In this document: positions 19,226-27,751 of the stretch, piece by piece
Layout of the letters: the number at the start of each line of letters is the position of its first letter
Position numbering within the stretch: position 1 is the first letter of the stretch
NCBI GenBank assembly: GCA_964394085.1
Contig: CAYMWF010000026.1
Location: 2,696 to 66,695, forward strand
DNA length: 64,000 nt
Source: an uncultured Gemmatimonadota bacterium
GTDB lineage: Bacteria; GCA-2686955; CAYMWF01
Reading direction: 5' to 3'
Notes under the pieces: generated by a model
Told to the model about the DNA's origin: nothing
Databases searched by the model: none
The model's input: the letters and a program-made list of their open reading frames with translations, nothing else
Program-made: the position numbers and the translations under genes

Positions 19226-20323
19226 TCAGATATCGGTTTTGTATTTTTTGTATAATCCCCTGAACTGGTCATAGGTAAGACCGAGAGACCGTGCAGCCCG
19301 TTTCTGGCTGAACCTTGCACGTAATAGTGCGTCGCGAAGGATCGAAATTTCGAACTGTTCGACGGCCTGCCTGAAAGACCGGACACGGGGCGCCGGTTCC
19401 TGTGCGCCGAGCCGGGTGATTTCCACCTCTCCCGGCGAAGGGGCGCCTTCGCCCGGAGCCTCCGCGGATTGAACCGCCCGCTCCTCCGGCGTTTTCCCGC
19501 CGCCCGTATCCGGAAACTCCCGGAATGGATTGAAAACGATTTCTCTGATGAGGGGGGAATCCGTCCGGTATACGGCCCTTTCCACCACGTTTTTGAGCTC
19601 GCGGACATTTCCGGGCCAGTCATAGCGCTCCAGGGATGCCGCTGCATCGTCGCCCAGCTCCGGAAGGTCGCGCCAGCCGAGCTCGTGAGCCATCCTGGAT
19701 GCGAAATGGTTGGCGAGCAGAAGAATGTCGCCGGTTCTCTCCCTGAGCGGCGGAAGGAAGAGAACTTCGAACGACAACCGATCGAGCAGATCGGGTTTGA
19801 AATCGCCGGCCTCGGCGAGTTCGGCCAGGTTGACGTTCGAAGCGCCTACGATCCGAACATCGACGTCGACGGAACGGGCTCCGCCGACCCGCTCGAAGTT
19901 TCCATATTCCACTACGCGGAGTATCTTCTCCTGGGCCTGCATCGGGATGTTTCCGACTTCGTCCAGGAAAAGAGTCCCCTCATCCGCCTGTTCGAACCTG
20001 CCGCTCCTCTGCCGGACCGCCCCGGTGAATGCGCCGGCCTCGTGCCCGAACAGTTCGGATTCGATCAGCGTCGGGGCCAGGGCGGCGCAGTTCAGCGTCA
20101 CCAGCGGCCCTTCCCACCGCCCCGACAGGTAGTGAAGCCGACGGGCGGCCAGCTCCTTTCCAGTACCCCGCTCACCGAGGAGCAGCACCGGCCTGTCGAC
20201 CTTGGCCGCCCTCGAAAGCCGCTCCTGGAAACGCAGAAAAGCCTCGGATCCGCCGATGGCATCCGGTATCCGCGAAGCCGGGGAACCTCCCGGACCTATG
20301 CTTCCAGATCCTGCTGCCGTCAT
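19226..20323 (-). CDS. pspF: Sigma-54-dependent transcriptional activator without a receiver domain (PspF-like)
   Basis: AAA+ sigma-54 activator motifs are present: Walker A GERGTGKE, ESELFGHEAGAFTGA (GAFTGA loop), Walker B FLDEV and an Arg finger. There is a C-terminal Fis-type HTH (RSLGLTYDQFRGLYKKY). No N-terminal regulatory domain. It is divergent from pspABC. Start is ATG-20323 with an AAAGGAAA RBS. Confidence 0.85.
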   Translation of the reverse strand: MTAAGSGSIGPGGSPASRIPDAIGGSEAFLRFQERLSRAAKVDRPVLLLGERGTGKELAARRLHYLSGRWEGPLVTLNCAALAPTLIESELFGHEAGAFTGAVRQRSGRFEQADEGTLFLDEVGNIPMQAQEKILRVVEYGNFERVGGARSVDVDVRIVGASNVNLAELAEAGDFKPDLLDRLSFEVLFLPPLRERTGDILLLANHFASRMAHELGWRDLPELGDDAAASLERYDWPGNVRELKNVVERAVYRTDSPLIREIVFNPFREFPDTGGGKTPEERAVQSAEAPGEGAPSPGEVEITRLGAQEPAPRVRSFRQAVEQFEISILRDALLRARFSQKRAARSLGLTYDQFRGLYKKYKTDI

Positions 20324-20450
20324 AGAAATCGTTTCCTTTTTCGCCTCCAATCGGCGAAATTAACCTCTTATTGGCTTATTTTACACCTTTACGACCAGGC
20401 TGTCAAACGAACAATTACCTAAATACAAGAGGTTACGGCTCATCCCTGCC

Positions 20451-20466
20451 TGGCATGCTCCCTGCA
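20451..20466 (+). promoter_or_regulatory. Sigma-54 (-24/-12) promoter of pspABC
   Basis: TGGCATGCTCCCTGCA matches TGGCACG-N4-TTGCW with exact GG/GC spacing. It sits about 38 bp upstream of the pspA ATG, between divergent pspF and pspA. Confidence 0.7.
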
Positions 20467-20503
20467 ATATATACGGTTCGAACCACGAGAACGGAGGTTA
20501 ATC

Positions 20504-21190
20504 ATGGGCATCTTTTCAAGATTCCGAGACATCATCAACTCAAATATCAACTCGATGCTCGATAAGGCCGAAGACCCTGAGAAGCTTATTCGCCTCATGA
20601 TCCAGGAGATGGAAGACACCCTGGTGGAGATCAAGGCTTCAACGGCCGCGGCCATTGCATCGAAAAAGAAGCTCGAGAGGGTGGTAGACGAAGTTCGCGG
20701 GCGTGCAGACAGCTGGGACTCCAGGGCTAAGCTCGCCGTCGACAAGGGCCGGGACGATCTCGCCCGGGAGGCTCTCCTCGAAAAAAGACGCTACGAAGAA
20801 AAGGCTCTCAGCCTCGAGGAAGAACAGGCCGACGCAGAAGCCTTGATCGCGCAGTACCAGGAGGATATCCTTAAACTCGAGGAGAAGCTTGCGGTGGTGC
20901 GGGAAAAGCAGCGGACCCTCGTGCAGCGCCATACAAGGGCCCAGGTGAAGAAACGGGCCGAAAAAGGCATTCGTAAAGCCGCCACCACCGACGCTTTCGT
21001 CCGGTTCGAGCAGTTCGCGAACCGCGTGGAACGGCTCGAAGCCGAAGCGGAGCTGATCAATTTCGGCGCGAAGTCGACATTAGACCAGGAGTTCGCCGGC
21101 CTCGAGGACGACGATGACATCGAGCGTGAGCTCGAGCAGCTCAAACAGGCATCCGCCGGTAAAGCGTCCGACGAAAAGAAGCAGGCCTGA
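20504..21190 (+). CDS. pspA: Phage shock protein A
   Basis: N-terminus [46 protein letters not shown] is near-identical in pattern to E. coli PspA ([43 protein letters not shown]). 228 aa of coiled-coil. GGAGG RBS 7 nt upstream. Confidence 0.95.
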   Translation: [228 protein letters not shown]

Positions 21191-21225
21191 GCAATGAATT
21201 CCAGGTACCCATGGAGGTCCACGAT

Positions 21226-21516
21226 ATGATGTTAGGATTGGGTGAAGAATTCATCGGACTGCTCACTATCGTTCTCATATTCGGAACACCGCTGGTGTTC
21301 GTTCTCGGGGTGATATTCCTGATCGCTCTCAAGATTCTCAAGGGACCGTCGGCGAATCCCAAGCTTCGTACCGGCGACATGGAAGAGGCCAGGATGCTCC
21401 AGCAGATTTTCAAGAATGTCACCGGCCTTGAAAAACGGGTCGAGTCGCTTGAGACGATACTGCTCGATCGGGCGCAGTCGAAGAAGAAAACCGCGAGAGA
21501 AGATGAAGATGAATAA
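21226..21516 (+). CDS. pspB: Phage shock protein B-like
   Basis: A small protein with a single TM helix (LLTIVLIFGTPLVFVLGVIFLIAL) followed by a charged helix (EEARMLQQIFKNVTGLEKRVESLE), matching the PspB architecture and its position after pspA. GGAGG sits 8 nt before ATG-21226. Confidence 0.7.
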   Translation: MMLGLGEEFIGLLTIVLIFGTPLVFVLGVIFLIALKILKGPSANPKLRTGDMEEARMLQQIFKNVTGLEKRVESLETILLDRAQSKKKTAREDEDE

Positions 21517-21633
21517 CCGTTGCGATAAATCTCTTACCCAGGTTCGATCCCGTTCCGGGCGGAACGGCGGCGCAGGCCGCGGAAGAACCCGGCGGGAACG
21601 GTCCGGACGGTTTGCAGAAAGGATGGCATCACG

Positions 21634-22029
21634 ATGACACGTGATTATGTAAAGGAGCGAGGCGGCATCTACCGCGCCAGGGACGGATTCTTCCTCGGTG
21701 TATGCAAAGGGCTGGCGAGACACCTGGATATTTCGGTAGGCTGGATCCGTTTCTTAACGATAGCGATCTTCTTCTTCAGCGGTTTCTGGCCGATCTTCGG
21801 TCTCTACTTCCTCGCGGCGCTCATCATGAAGCCCGAGCCCGTGATCCCATTCGAAACCCTTGAAGATCGCGAGTTCTACAATTCCTACATGTCGTCCTCG
21901 CGCAAAGGCACCCTCCACCGTCTGAAGGATGCTTCGAGCCGCCTCGACCGCAGGATCCGCCGCATCGAAGACATCGTCACGACACGCGAATACGACTGGG
22001 AGCGGCGCCTCAACAGCAACGACACGTAA
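21634..22029 (+). CDS. pspC: Phage shock protein C-like (PspC domain)
   Basis: The PspC N-terminal domain reads LYRARDGFFLGVCKGLARHLDISVGWIRFLTIAIFFFSG (E. coli has MVRGVCAGIAHYFDVPVKLVRILVV), followed by a TM helix. It is the third gene of the operon. Confidence 0.75.
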   Translation: MTRDYVKERGGIYRARDGFFLGVCKGLARHLDISVGWIRFLTIAIFFFSGFWPIFGLYFLAALIMKPEPVIPFETLEDREFYNSYMSSSRKGTLHRLKDASSRLDRRIRRIEDIVTTREYDWERRLNSNDT

Positions 22030-22446
22030 AAAAGCCGCCGCGGCAACCTCCGATTCTTAAACAACACTCTGCATATTCGAAGAGCCCCCCGCCCTTCACC
22101 GGGCAGGGGTTCTTCTTTTAGAGGCACAGCCGATTCGACACCGGCGAAAACCCGGCTTTTCTTTTGTTTGCCGTGGACTTCATCCTGCGCGGAGGATATA
22201 TTTACCATCTGTTTCACCGTTGATTCCACCCGGCTGGAAACGGCGTCGAAACCGGGAAACAGGGGCGGGGAAGCGCTTCCTGTGCGAGGACGGCTTCATT
22301 CGGCATCGCCCCGGGGCAGCGGCTGAACCGCCGGGTGCTCTCTGTTCCGCCTGTTGATTTAAAAGAAGACGGCGCATGTTAAGCCCGGGTTCCGTCAGGC
22401 AAAGACTGGCCCGGCTCTAACGAGAACATTGCAGGAGAACGAAACA

Positions 22447-22935
22447 ATGTATCTTCTGATCGACCCCGAAAAGTGCACCGGCTGCCGCACCTGCGAGAGC
22501 TTCTGCTCCTTCAGGTGGGAAAAGGCCGTCGCACCCTCCGGCTCCGCCATCACCGTGGTGAAGTGGGAAGACGAGGGCGTTCATCTGCCCGTGGTTTGCG
22601 GCCAGTGCGACAGGGCGGCGTGCCTCGAGGTGTGCATCACCGGCGCGATTTCCATCAACGCTGAAACTGGCGCCGTAGCGGTAGACACCGCCCGCTGCGT
22701 CGGATGCAAGATGTGCGTCACCGCCTGCGCCTCGGGCGGCGTCGCCTACATCGCCCGCGAAGGAACGGCCCGAAAATGCGACCTCTGCGACGGCGATCCC
22801 CTCTGCGCCCGCATCTGCCCGCACGACGCCATCGAAGCGGTGCGCGACGAGCTGGTGCCCGCTAAAAAGCGGCGTGCGGCCGCATCCCGTTATTACCGGT
22901 TCATGAAAACCGCGGCGGACGGAGGTGAACGATGA
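22447..22935 (+). CDS. 4Fe-4S ferredoxin-type electron-transfer subunit (AorA-like)
   Basis: Four Cys clusters are present: CTGCRTCESFC, CGQCDRAACLEVC, CVGCKMCVTAC and CDLCDGDPLCARICP. GGAGAA RBS before ATG-22447. Its stop overlaps the AOR start (ATGA). Confidence 0.8.
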   Translation: MYLLIDPEKCTGCRTCESFCSFRWEKAVAPSGSAITVVKWEDEGVHLPVVCGQCDRAACLEVCITGAISINAETGAVAVDTARCVGCKMCVTACASGGVAYIAREGTARKCDLCDGDPLCARICPHDAIEAVRDELVPAKKRRAAASRYYRFMKTAADGGER

Positions 22936-24833
22936 GTCGCCTATACGGCTACACCGGCAGGTATCTTCGCGTCGATCTCGACAGCGGCTCGATCACGACC
23001 GCGGAGCTCGACCCCGCCTTCGCCGCCTCCTGGCTCGGCGGCAACGGGTTCGGCGCCAGGATTCTCTGGGACGAAGTGGACGAATCCGTCGCTCCCGCCG
23101 ATCCGTCGAACAGGTTCATCATCGCCACGGGCCCCCTGAGCGGCACCCTCTGGCCCTCCTCGGGGCGGGTGGAGTTCATCGCCAAGTCGCCCCTCACCGG
23201 CATCTACGGCGACTGCAACGCGGGCGGCTTCTTCGGTCCGGAGCTGAAATTCGCGGGATACGACATGATCGTGGTGGAGGGCCGGTCGGCCCAGCCGGTG
23301 TATCTTAACATCAGGGACGGGGCGGCGGAGCTCAGGGACGCGTCGCCTCTCTGGGGACGCGACACTTTTGAGACCGAATCGGCCATACGGGACGAGCTCG
23401 GGGATTTTGAAACTCAGGTGGCGTGCATCGGCCCGGCCGGTGAGAACGGGGTGGCTTTCGCGGCCGTCCAGGTGAGTTTCAACAGGACCGGCGCGAGGTC
23501 GGGCCTGGGCGCCGTAATGGGCGCAAAGAACCTGAAAGCGGTGGCGGTGCGGGGGACGGGACGCGTGGAGGTGGCGGAGCCGGATGCGTTTATGGATGCG
23601 TCATCCCGCGCCTACCACAAGATTCTGTCGAACGAATTCACTCCGGGCGAAAAACAGTACGGCACTCCGCAGCTCGTGAGCCTCATGAACGTGATCGGCC
23701 GCTTCCCCACCAACAACATGCAGCAGGGGCACTTCGACCGGGTCGAGAACATCTGCGCTGAACGCCTCGAAGAGCTGCATTTCGTCAAGCACCTGGCCTG
23801 CTTCAACTGCCCGATAGGCTGCGACAAGCTCTACCGGGTCGACGGCGGCGAGTTCGCCGGCGAATGGACCACCAGCCTCGAGTACGAAACCCTCTCCAGC
23901 CTCGGATCCAGGTGCGGAAACGACAACCTCGAATCGATCATCGCCATGGACCGGATCTGCAACGCCCTCGGCATGGACACCATCTCGGCCGGCGGCACCA
24001 TCAGCTTCGCCATGGAGCTTTTCGAAAAAGGGATCATCACCGTCAAGGATACGGACGGCCTCGATCTCGCCTGGGGCGGCTACAAGTCGATAATCGAGCT
24101 ACTCCGGCGGATCGCCCGCCGGGAAGGCTTCGGCGACCTGCTCGCCCGCGGCAGCCTGGAGGCGGCCCGCGCCATCGGCGACGCGGCTCTTCCCTACGTG
24201 ATGCACGTCAAGGGCCAGGAGATACCCGCCCAGGACGGACGGGCCCAGCAGTCGATGGGGCTCGCCCACGCCGTTTCGAGCCGGGGCGCCGATCACCTGA
24301 AAGGCTTCCCGACCATCGACGAAACCGGCTACCCATCCGAGGCCGTCAGGCGATACGGCAAGGAGTATCTGCCCGAAATCATCGACGGAACCGAGGCGAC
24401 CCACAAACCGATGGTGGTCAAGGACGGCGAGGAGTTCTGCGCCGTGGTCGACTCCACCGGCATATGCAAGTTCGGCACCCTCTTCCCTCCCGCGATCTAC
24501 TGGGAGGACGTGGCGGAAGGTATCCGCCTCGCCACCGGCTTCGATACCGACGTTGAGATCCTCAAACGCATCGGCGAACGGATAAACAACCTGCAGCGAT
24601 GCTACAACAACCGCCACGGCATCACCCGGGCGGACGACACCATCCCCCGGCGCCTGCTCGAGGAGCCCTCTCCATCCGGCAACGCGAAGGGGCACGTGGT
24701 CTACCTCGACAGGATGCTCGAAGAATACTACGAGCTCCGCGACTGGAACCGGGAAACCGGCAGGCCTTCGCCCGAAAAACTGAAAGAGCTCGATCTCGGA
24801 TTCGTGCTCGAAAACCCGTTCTTCGCGAAATGA
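22932..24833 (+). CDS. Tungsten-dependent aldehyde:ferredoxin oxidoreductase (AOR family catalytic subunit)
   Basis: 633 aa. N-terminus MSRLYGYTGRYLRVDLDSGSITTAELDPAFAASWLGGNGFGARILWDEV is the canonical AOR N-terminal domain. The full-length three-domain architecture is present. It is operonic with the ferredoxin and FAD subunits. Confidence 0.9.
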   Translation: MSRLYGYTGRYLRVDLDSGSITTAELDPAFAASWLGGNGFGARILWDEVDESVAPADPSNRFIIATGPLSGTLWPSSGRVEFIAKSPLTGIYGDCNAGGFFGPELKFAGYDMIVVEGRSAQPVYLNIRDGAAELRDASPLWGRDTFETESAIRDELGDFETQVACIGPAGENGVAFAAVQVSFNRTGARSGLGAVMGAKNLKAVAVRGTGRVEVAEPDAFMDASSRAYHKILSNEFTPGEKQYGTPQLVSLMNVIGRFPTNNMQQGHFDRVENICAERLEELHFVKHLACFNCPIGCDKLYRVDGGEFAGEWTTSLEYETLSSLGSRCGNDNLESIIAMDRICNALGMDTISAGGTISFAMELFEKGIITVKDTDGLDLAWGGYKSIIELLRRIARREGFGDLLARGSLEAARAIGDAALPYVMHVKGQEIPAQDGRAQQSMGLAHAVSSRGADHLKGFPTIDETGYPSEAVRRYGKEYLPEIIDGTEATHKPMVVKDGEEFCAVVDSTGICKFGTLFPPAIYWEDVAEGIRLATGFDTDVEILKRIGERINNLQRCYNNRHGITRADDTIPRRLLEEPSPSGNAKGHVVYLDRMLEEYYELRDWNRETGRPSPEKLKELDLGFVLENPFFAK

Positions 24834-26245
24834 ACAGAAGGTATCTCATTATAGGCGCCAGCGCCGCCGGCGTCGCGGCCGCGGAATCGATCCGGCGCGA
24901 GGATCCGCACGGAGCGATAACCGTATGCACCGAGGAGCCCTGGGAGCCTTACTCCCGGATACTCACGACCCACCTGATCGGCGGCCTGGTCGACCGGGAC
25001 GGCATGCGCTTCAGGCCGGAAGGATGGGCGGCTGAGTACGGCGTCGACTTCAGGGCCGGGTGCCGTGTCGCTTTCGTGGACCCGGTCGCCGGCGTCGCGA
25101 TGTCATCCGCAGGGGAGACGCTCGAGTTCGACAGGCTTCTCGTCGCATCCGGAGCGTCGGCCAAGAAGCCGCGGATTCCGGGCGCTTCGCTCCCCGGCGT
25201 ATTCGTGGTGAGGGAGCTATCCGACGCCGAAGGCATCATCGAGCGGCTCGACCGGCTCGAAGACGATTCAAAAAGCAAGGAGAAGAGCGAAGGCGGTAAA
25301 GAGGATAAAACGGACGGGAGCACAGAGACGCAGACGGACGAAGGCTCCGCACCCGCAGGGAAAAGGAAAAGAGAGTCGAAGCGCCCCGGGGTGGTTTTTT
25401 CGGGCGGAGGCCTGGTAACCTGCAAAACCGCCGACGCTCTCCTCCGCCGCGATGTCGATATCACCATAGTGATCTCTTCGAAGAGGCTTCTCAGCCAGAT
25501 GCTCGACGCCGAAGGCGCCGCCATCGTCGAAAAAAGGGCCCGGGATCTCGGCGTCGATATTATCTTCGACGCTGCGATCACCCGCGTCAACGGCGAGAGC
25601 CGGGTCGAATCGGTGGACCTCGACAACGGTGTAAATATCCCCTGCGGTCTTCTCATCGCCGGCAAAGGCGTGAACGCAAGGATGGAGTTTCTCGAGGGAA
25701 CGGGCGTCGAAACCGAATACGGCGTCATCGTGGACGACTTCCTGGAAACCTCGGTTTCCGGGATCTTCGCGGCCGGCGACGCCGCCCAGGTCTACGATGC
25801 GCTCAGGGGAGAAACGTGGACCAACGCCGTCTGGCCCCTGGCCGTGGAACAGGGGAGGGTCGCGGGCATGAACATGGTGCGGGGCCGGGTCGAAAAATAC
25901 GACGGCTCGGTGAGCGTCAACACCGGGGATTTTTTCGGCATCCCCGCGGTATCGGTCGGCCTCTGCGACGACCGCCCGCCGGATGTTTCGAAAAAACAGG
26001 TGTTCGACAGGCCGCCCGGCGTGTACCGCGTCTTCTATGTCAGGGATAACAGGCTGATCGGCTACCAGTGCGTCGGCAGCGTGGAGGGCGCCGGCTTTTT
26101 CTACCATTTGATCCGGTCCGGAGCTTCCGTAAACGACCGCTTCCTCGCCGAAGCCACCGTCAGGCGCCTTAGGGGCGCCGCTCGGCTCCGTTATCCCGAA
26201 GCGCTCTCCGACTTTCCGGGGCGCCGCCCGTCCGCAGGAAAATGA
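24830..26245 (+). CDS. FAD/NAD(P)-binding pyridine-nucleotide-disulfide-type oxidoreductase (AorC-like)
   Basis: Start ATG-24830 overlaps the AOR stop. First Rossmann GxGxxG is in MNRRYLIIGASAAGVAAA. A second dinucleotide-binding fold follows (VVFSGGGLV). The FAD motif GIFAAGDAA is present. It contains a roughly 45-aa low-complexity acidic/lysine linker (DSKSKEKSEGGKEDKTDGSTETQTDEG). Confidence 0.75.
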   Translation: MNRRYLIIGASAAGVAAAESIRREDPHGAITVCTEEPWEPYSRILTTHLIGGLVDRDGMRFRPEGWAAEYGVDFRAGCRVAFVDPVAGVAMSSAGETLEFDRLLVASGASAKKPRIPGASLPGVFVVRELSDAEGIIERLDRLEDDSKSKEKSEGGKEDKTDGSTETQTDEGSAPAGKRKRESKRPGVVFSGGGLVTCKTADALLRRDVDITIVISSKRLLSQMLDAEGAAIVEKRARDLGVDIIFDAAITRVNGESRVESVDLDNGVNIPCGLLIAGKGVNARMEFLEGTGVETEYGVIVDDFLETSVSGIFAAGDAAQVYDALRGETWTNAVWPLAVEQGRVAGMNMVRGRVEKYDGSVSVNTGDFFGIPAVSVGLCDDRPPDVSKKQVFDRPPGVYRVFYVRDNRLIGYQCVGSVEGAGFFYHLIRSGASVNDRFLAEATVRRLRGAARLRYPEALSDFPGRRPSAGK

Positions 26246-26313
26246 CGCGGCCATGACGCGGCAGCGGCAATCAATGTGATAGAACCGTATTTCGTCCAGG
26301 GGGGAGAAATAAA

Positions 26314-27552
26314 ATGGACATGCTGGTTAAAAACGCGAGACTTCGCAACACGGAAGGTCTTCGTGATATCGAAGTCGACAACGGAGTCATCACGGCCATC
26401 GAAGAAAAGTCGGGGAAAATCGCGGACAGAATAATCGACGCGAACGGACGGCTCGTCTCCCCCACCTTCATCGACCCGCACGTTCACCTCGACAAGGCGC
26501 TGATCAGCGAAGTGGTCAGGCCCAACGTAACGGGCACCCTCACCGAGGCGATCGAGATAATCTGGGAAAAGAAACGGAACTACTCGGTCGACGACATCAG
26601 GGAGAGGGCCGTGCGGGTAGCGGAATGGGCCGCGTCGAACGGCACCACGATCCTCCGTTCCCACGTGGACGTCGACACCATCGGCGGCCTCACCCCTCTC
26701 GAAGGCGTTCTCGCCGCCCGGGAAGAAACCCTCGACATCGTAGACATCCAGATCGTGGCCTTCCCGCAGGAGGGCATCCTGCAGGACGCCGGAACCGAAG
26801 AGATGATGAGGATCGCCATGAAGGCCGGGGCCGACGTGGTGGGCGGAATGCCCTACAACGAACTCGTTCCCGAGGACGGCCGCCGGCATATAGACATCTG
26901 TTTCGAAATCGCCCGCGAGTTCGACGCCGACATCGACATGCACGTGGACGAGACGGACGACCCTTCCGCCCGGACCCTCGAATACCTGGCCGCGAAAACG
27001 ATCCGCGAAGGATACCAGGGGAGGGTCACGGCGGGCCACACCTGCGCCCTGGCCGCTTACGGCGACAGCTACGCCGTGAAGGTCATCGGCCTGGTCAAGG
27101 AAGCCGGCATCAACATGATAACCAATCCCGCCACGAACCTGATGCTCCAGGGACGCCTCGACAAGCAGCCGAAAAGGCGCGGCATAACGCGCGTCAAAGA
27201 GCTCATGGATGCCGGGGTCAACGTCTGCTACGGCCAGGACTGTCTGAAGGATACTTTTTATCCGACCTTCGGCAGGGCCGACCTGCTCGAAGTAGGCCTG
27301 ATAACGGCCCACGCAGCCCAGCTCAGCATGCCCGGCGAGATCGAGCGGCTCTTCGATATGCCCACGGTCAACGCCGCGAGGCTTCTCCGCTTGAAGGATT
27401 ACGGGATCGAACCGGGCGCCGCCGCCAGCTTCACCATCATCGACGCCGAAACGGTCCAGGAAGCTTTCAGGACCCAGCCCGACCGAATCGTCATCCGCAA
27501 CGGCCGCGTCATCGCTGAAACCGTCACCGCCCGGAAGCTCTTCAGAGACTGA
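26314..27552 (+). CDS. codA: Cytosine-deaminase-family amidohydrolase
   Basis: It aligns along its length with E. coli CodA: [11 protein letters not shown] vs [21 protein letters not shown] vs [12 protein letters not shown]; and [24 protein letters not shown] vs [24 protein letters not shown]. The metal-binding His/Asp residues are conserved. The substrate could be cytosine or a related amino-heterocycle. Confidence 0.85.
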   Translation: [412 protein letters not shown]

Positions 27553-27751
27553 TCAGAACGCCGCGACACCGCGGGAACAATCGACTCTCCGATTTATCGA
27601 TTCCCGGTAACCATCCGACCCGGATTGCTACCGGCCAGCAAACCACCGATAGAAATCGCCCGGAGATTGTTCCGCGGGGCGACTGAAATTCTCAATAATA
27701 TCAGAAGTTGCTTATCAGAATAACTCGACGCCTCATCCGTGAAGCTGATCG

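Noticed and set aside
19469-20422. 317-aa plus-strand ORF overlapping pspF
   Set aside because: It is antisense to a gene with unambiguous AAA+/GAFTGA/HTH motifs. No motifs of its own.
24099-26254. Minus-strand ORFs 24099..24695, 24949..25728, 25268..26254
   Set aside because: They are antisense to the AOR and FAD-oxidoreductase genes, with Ser/Arg/Pro-rich artefactual composition.
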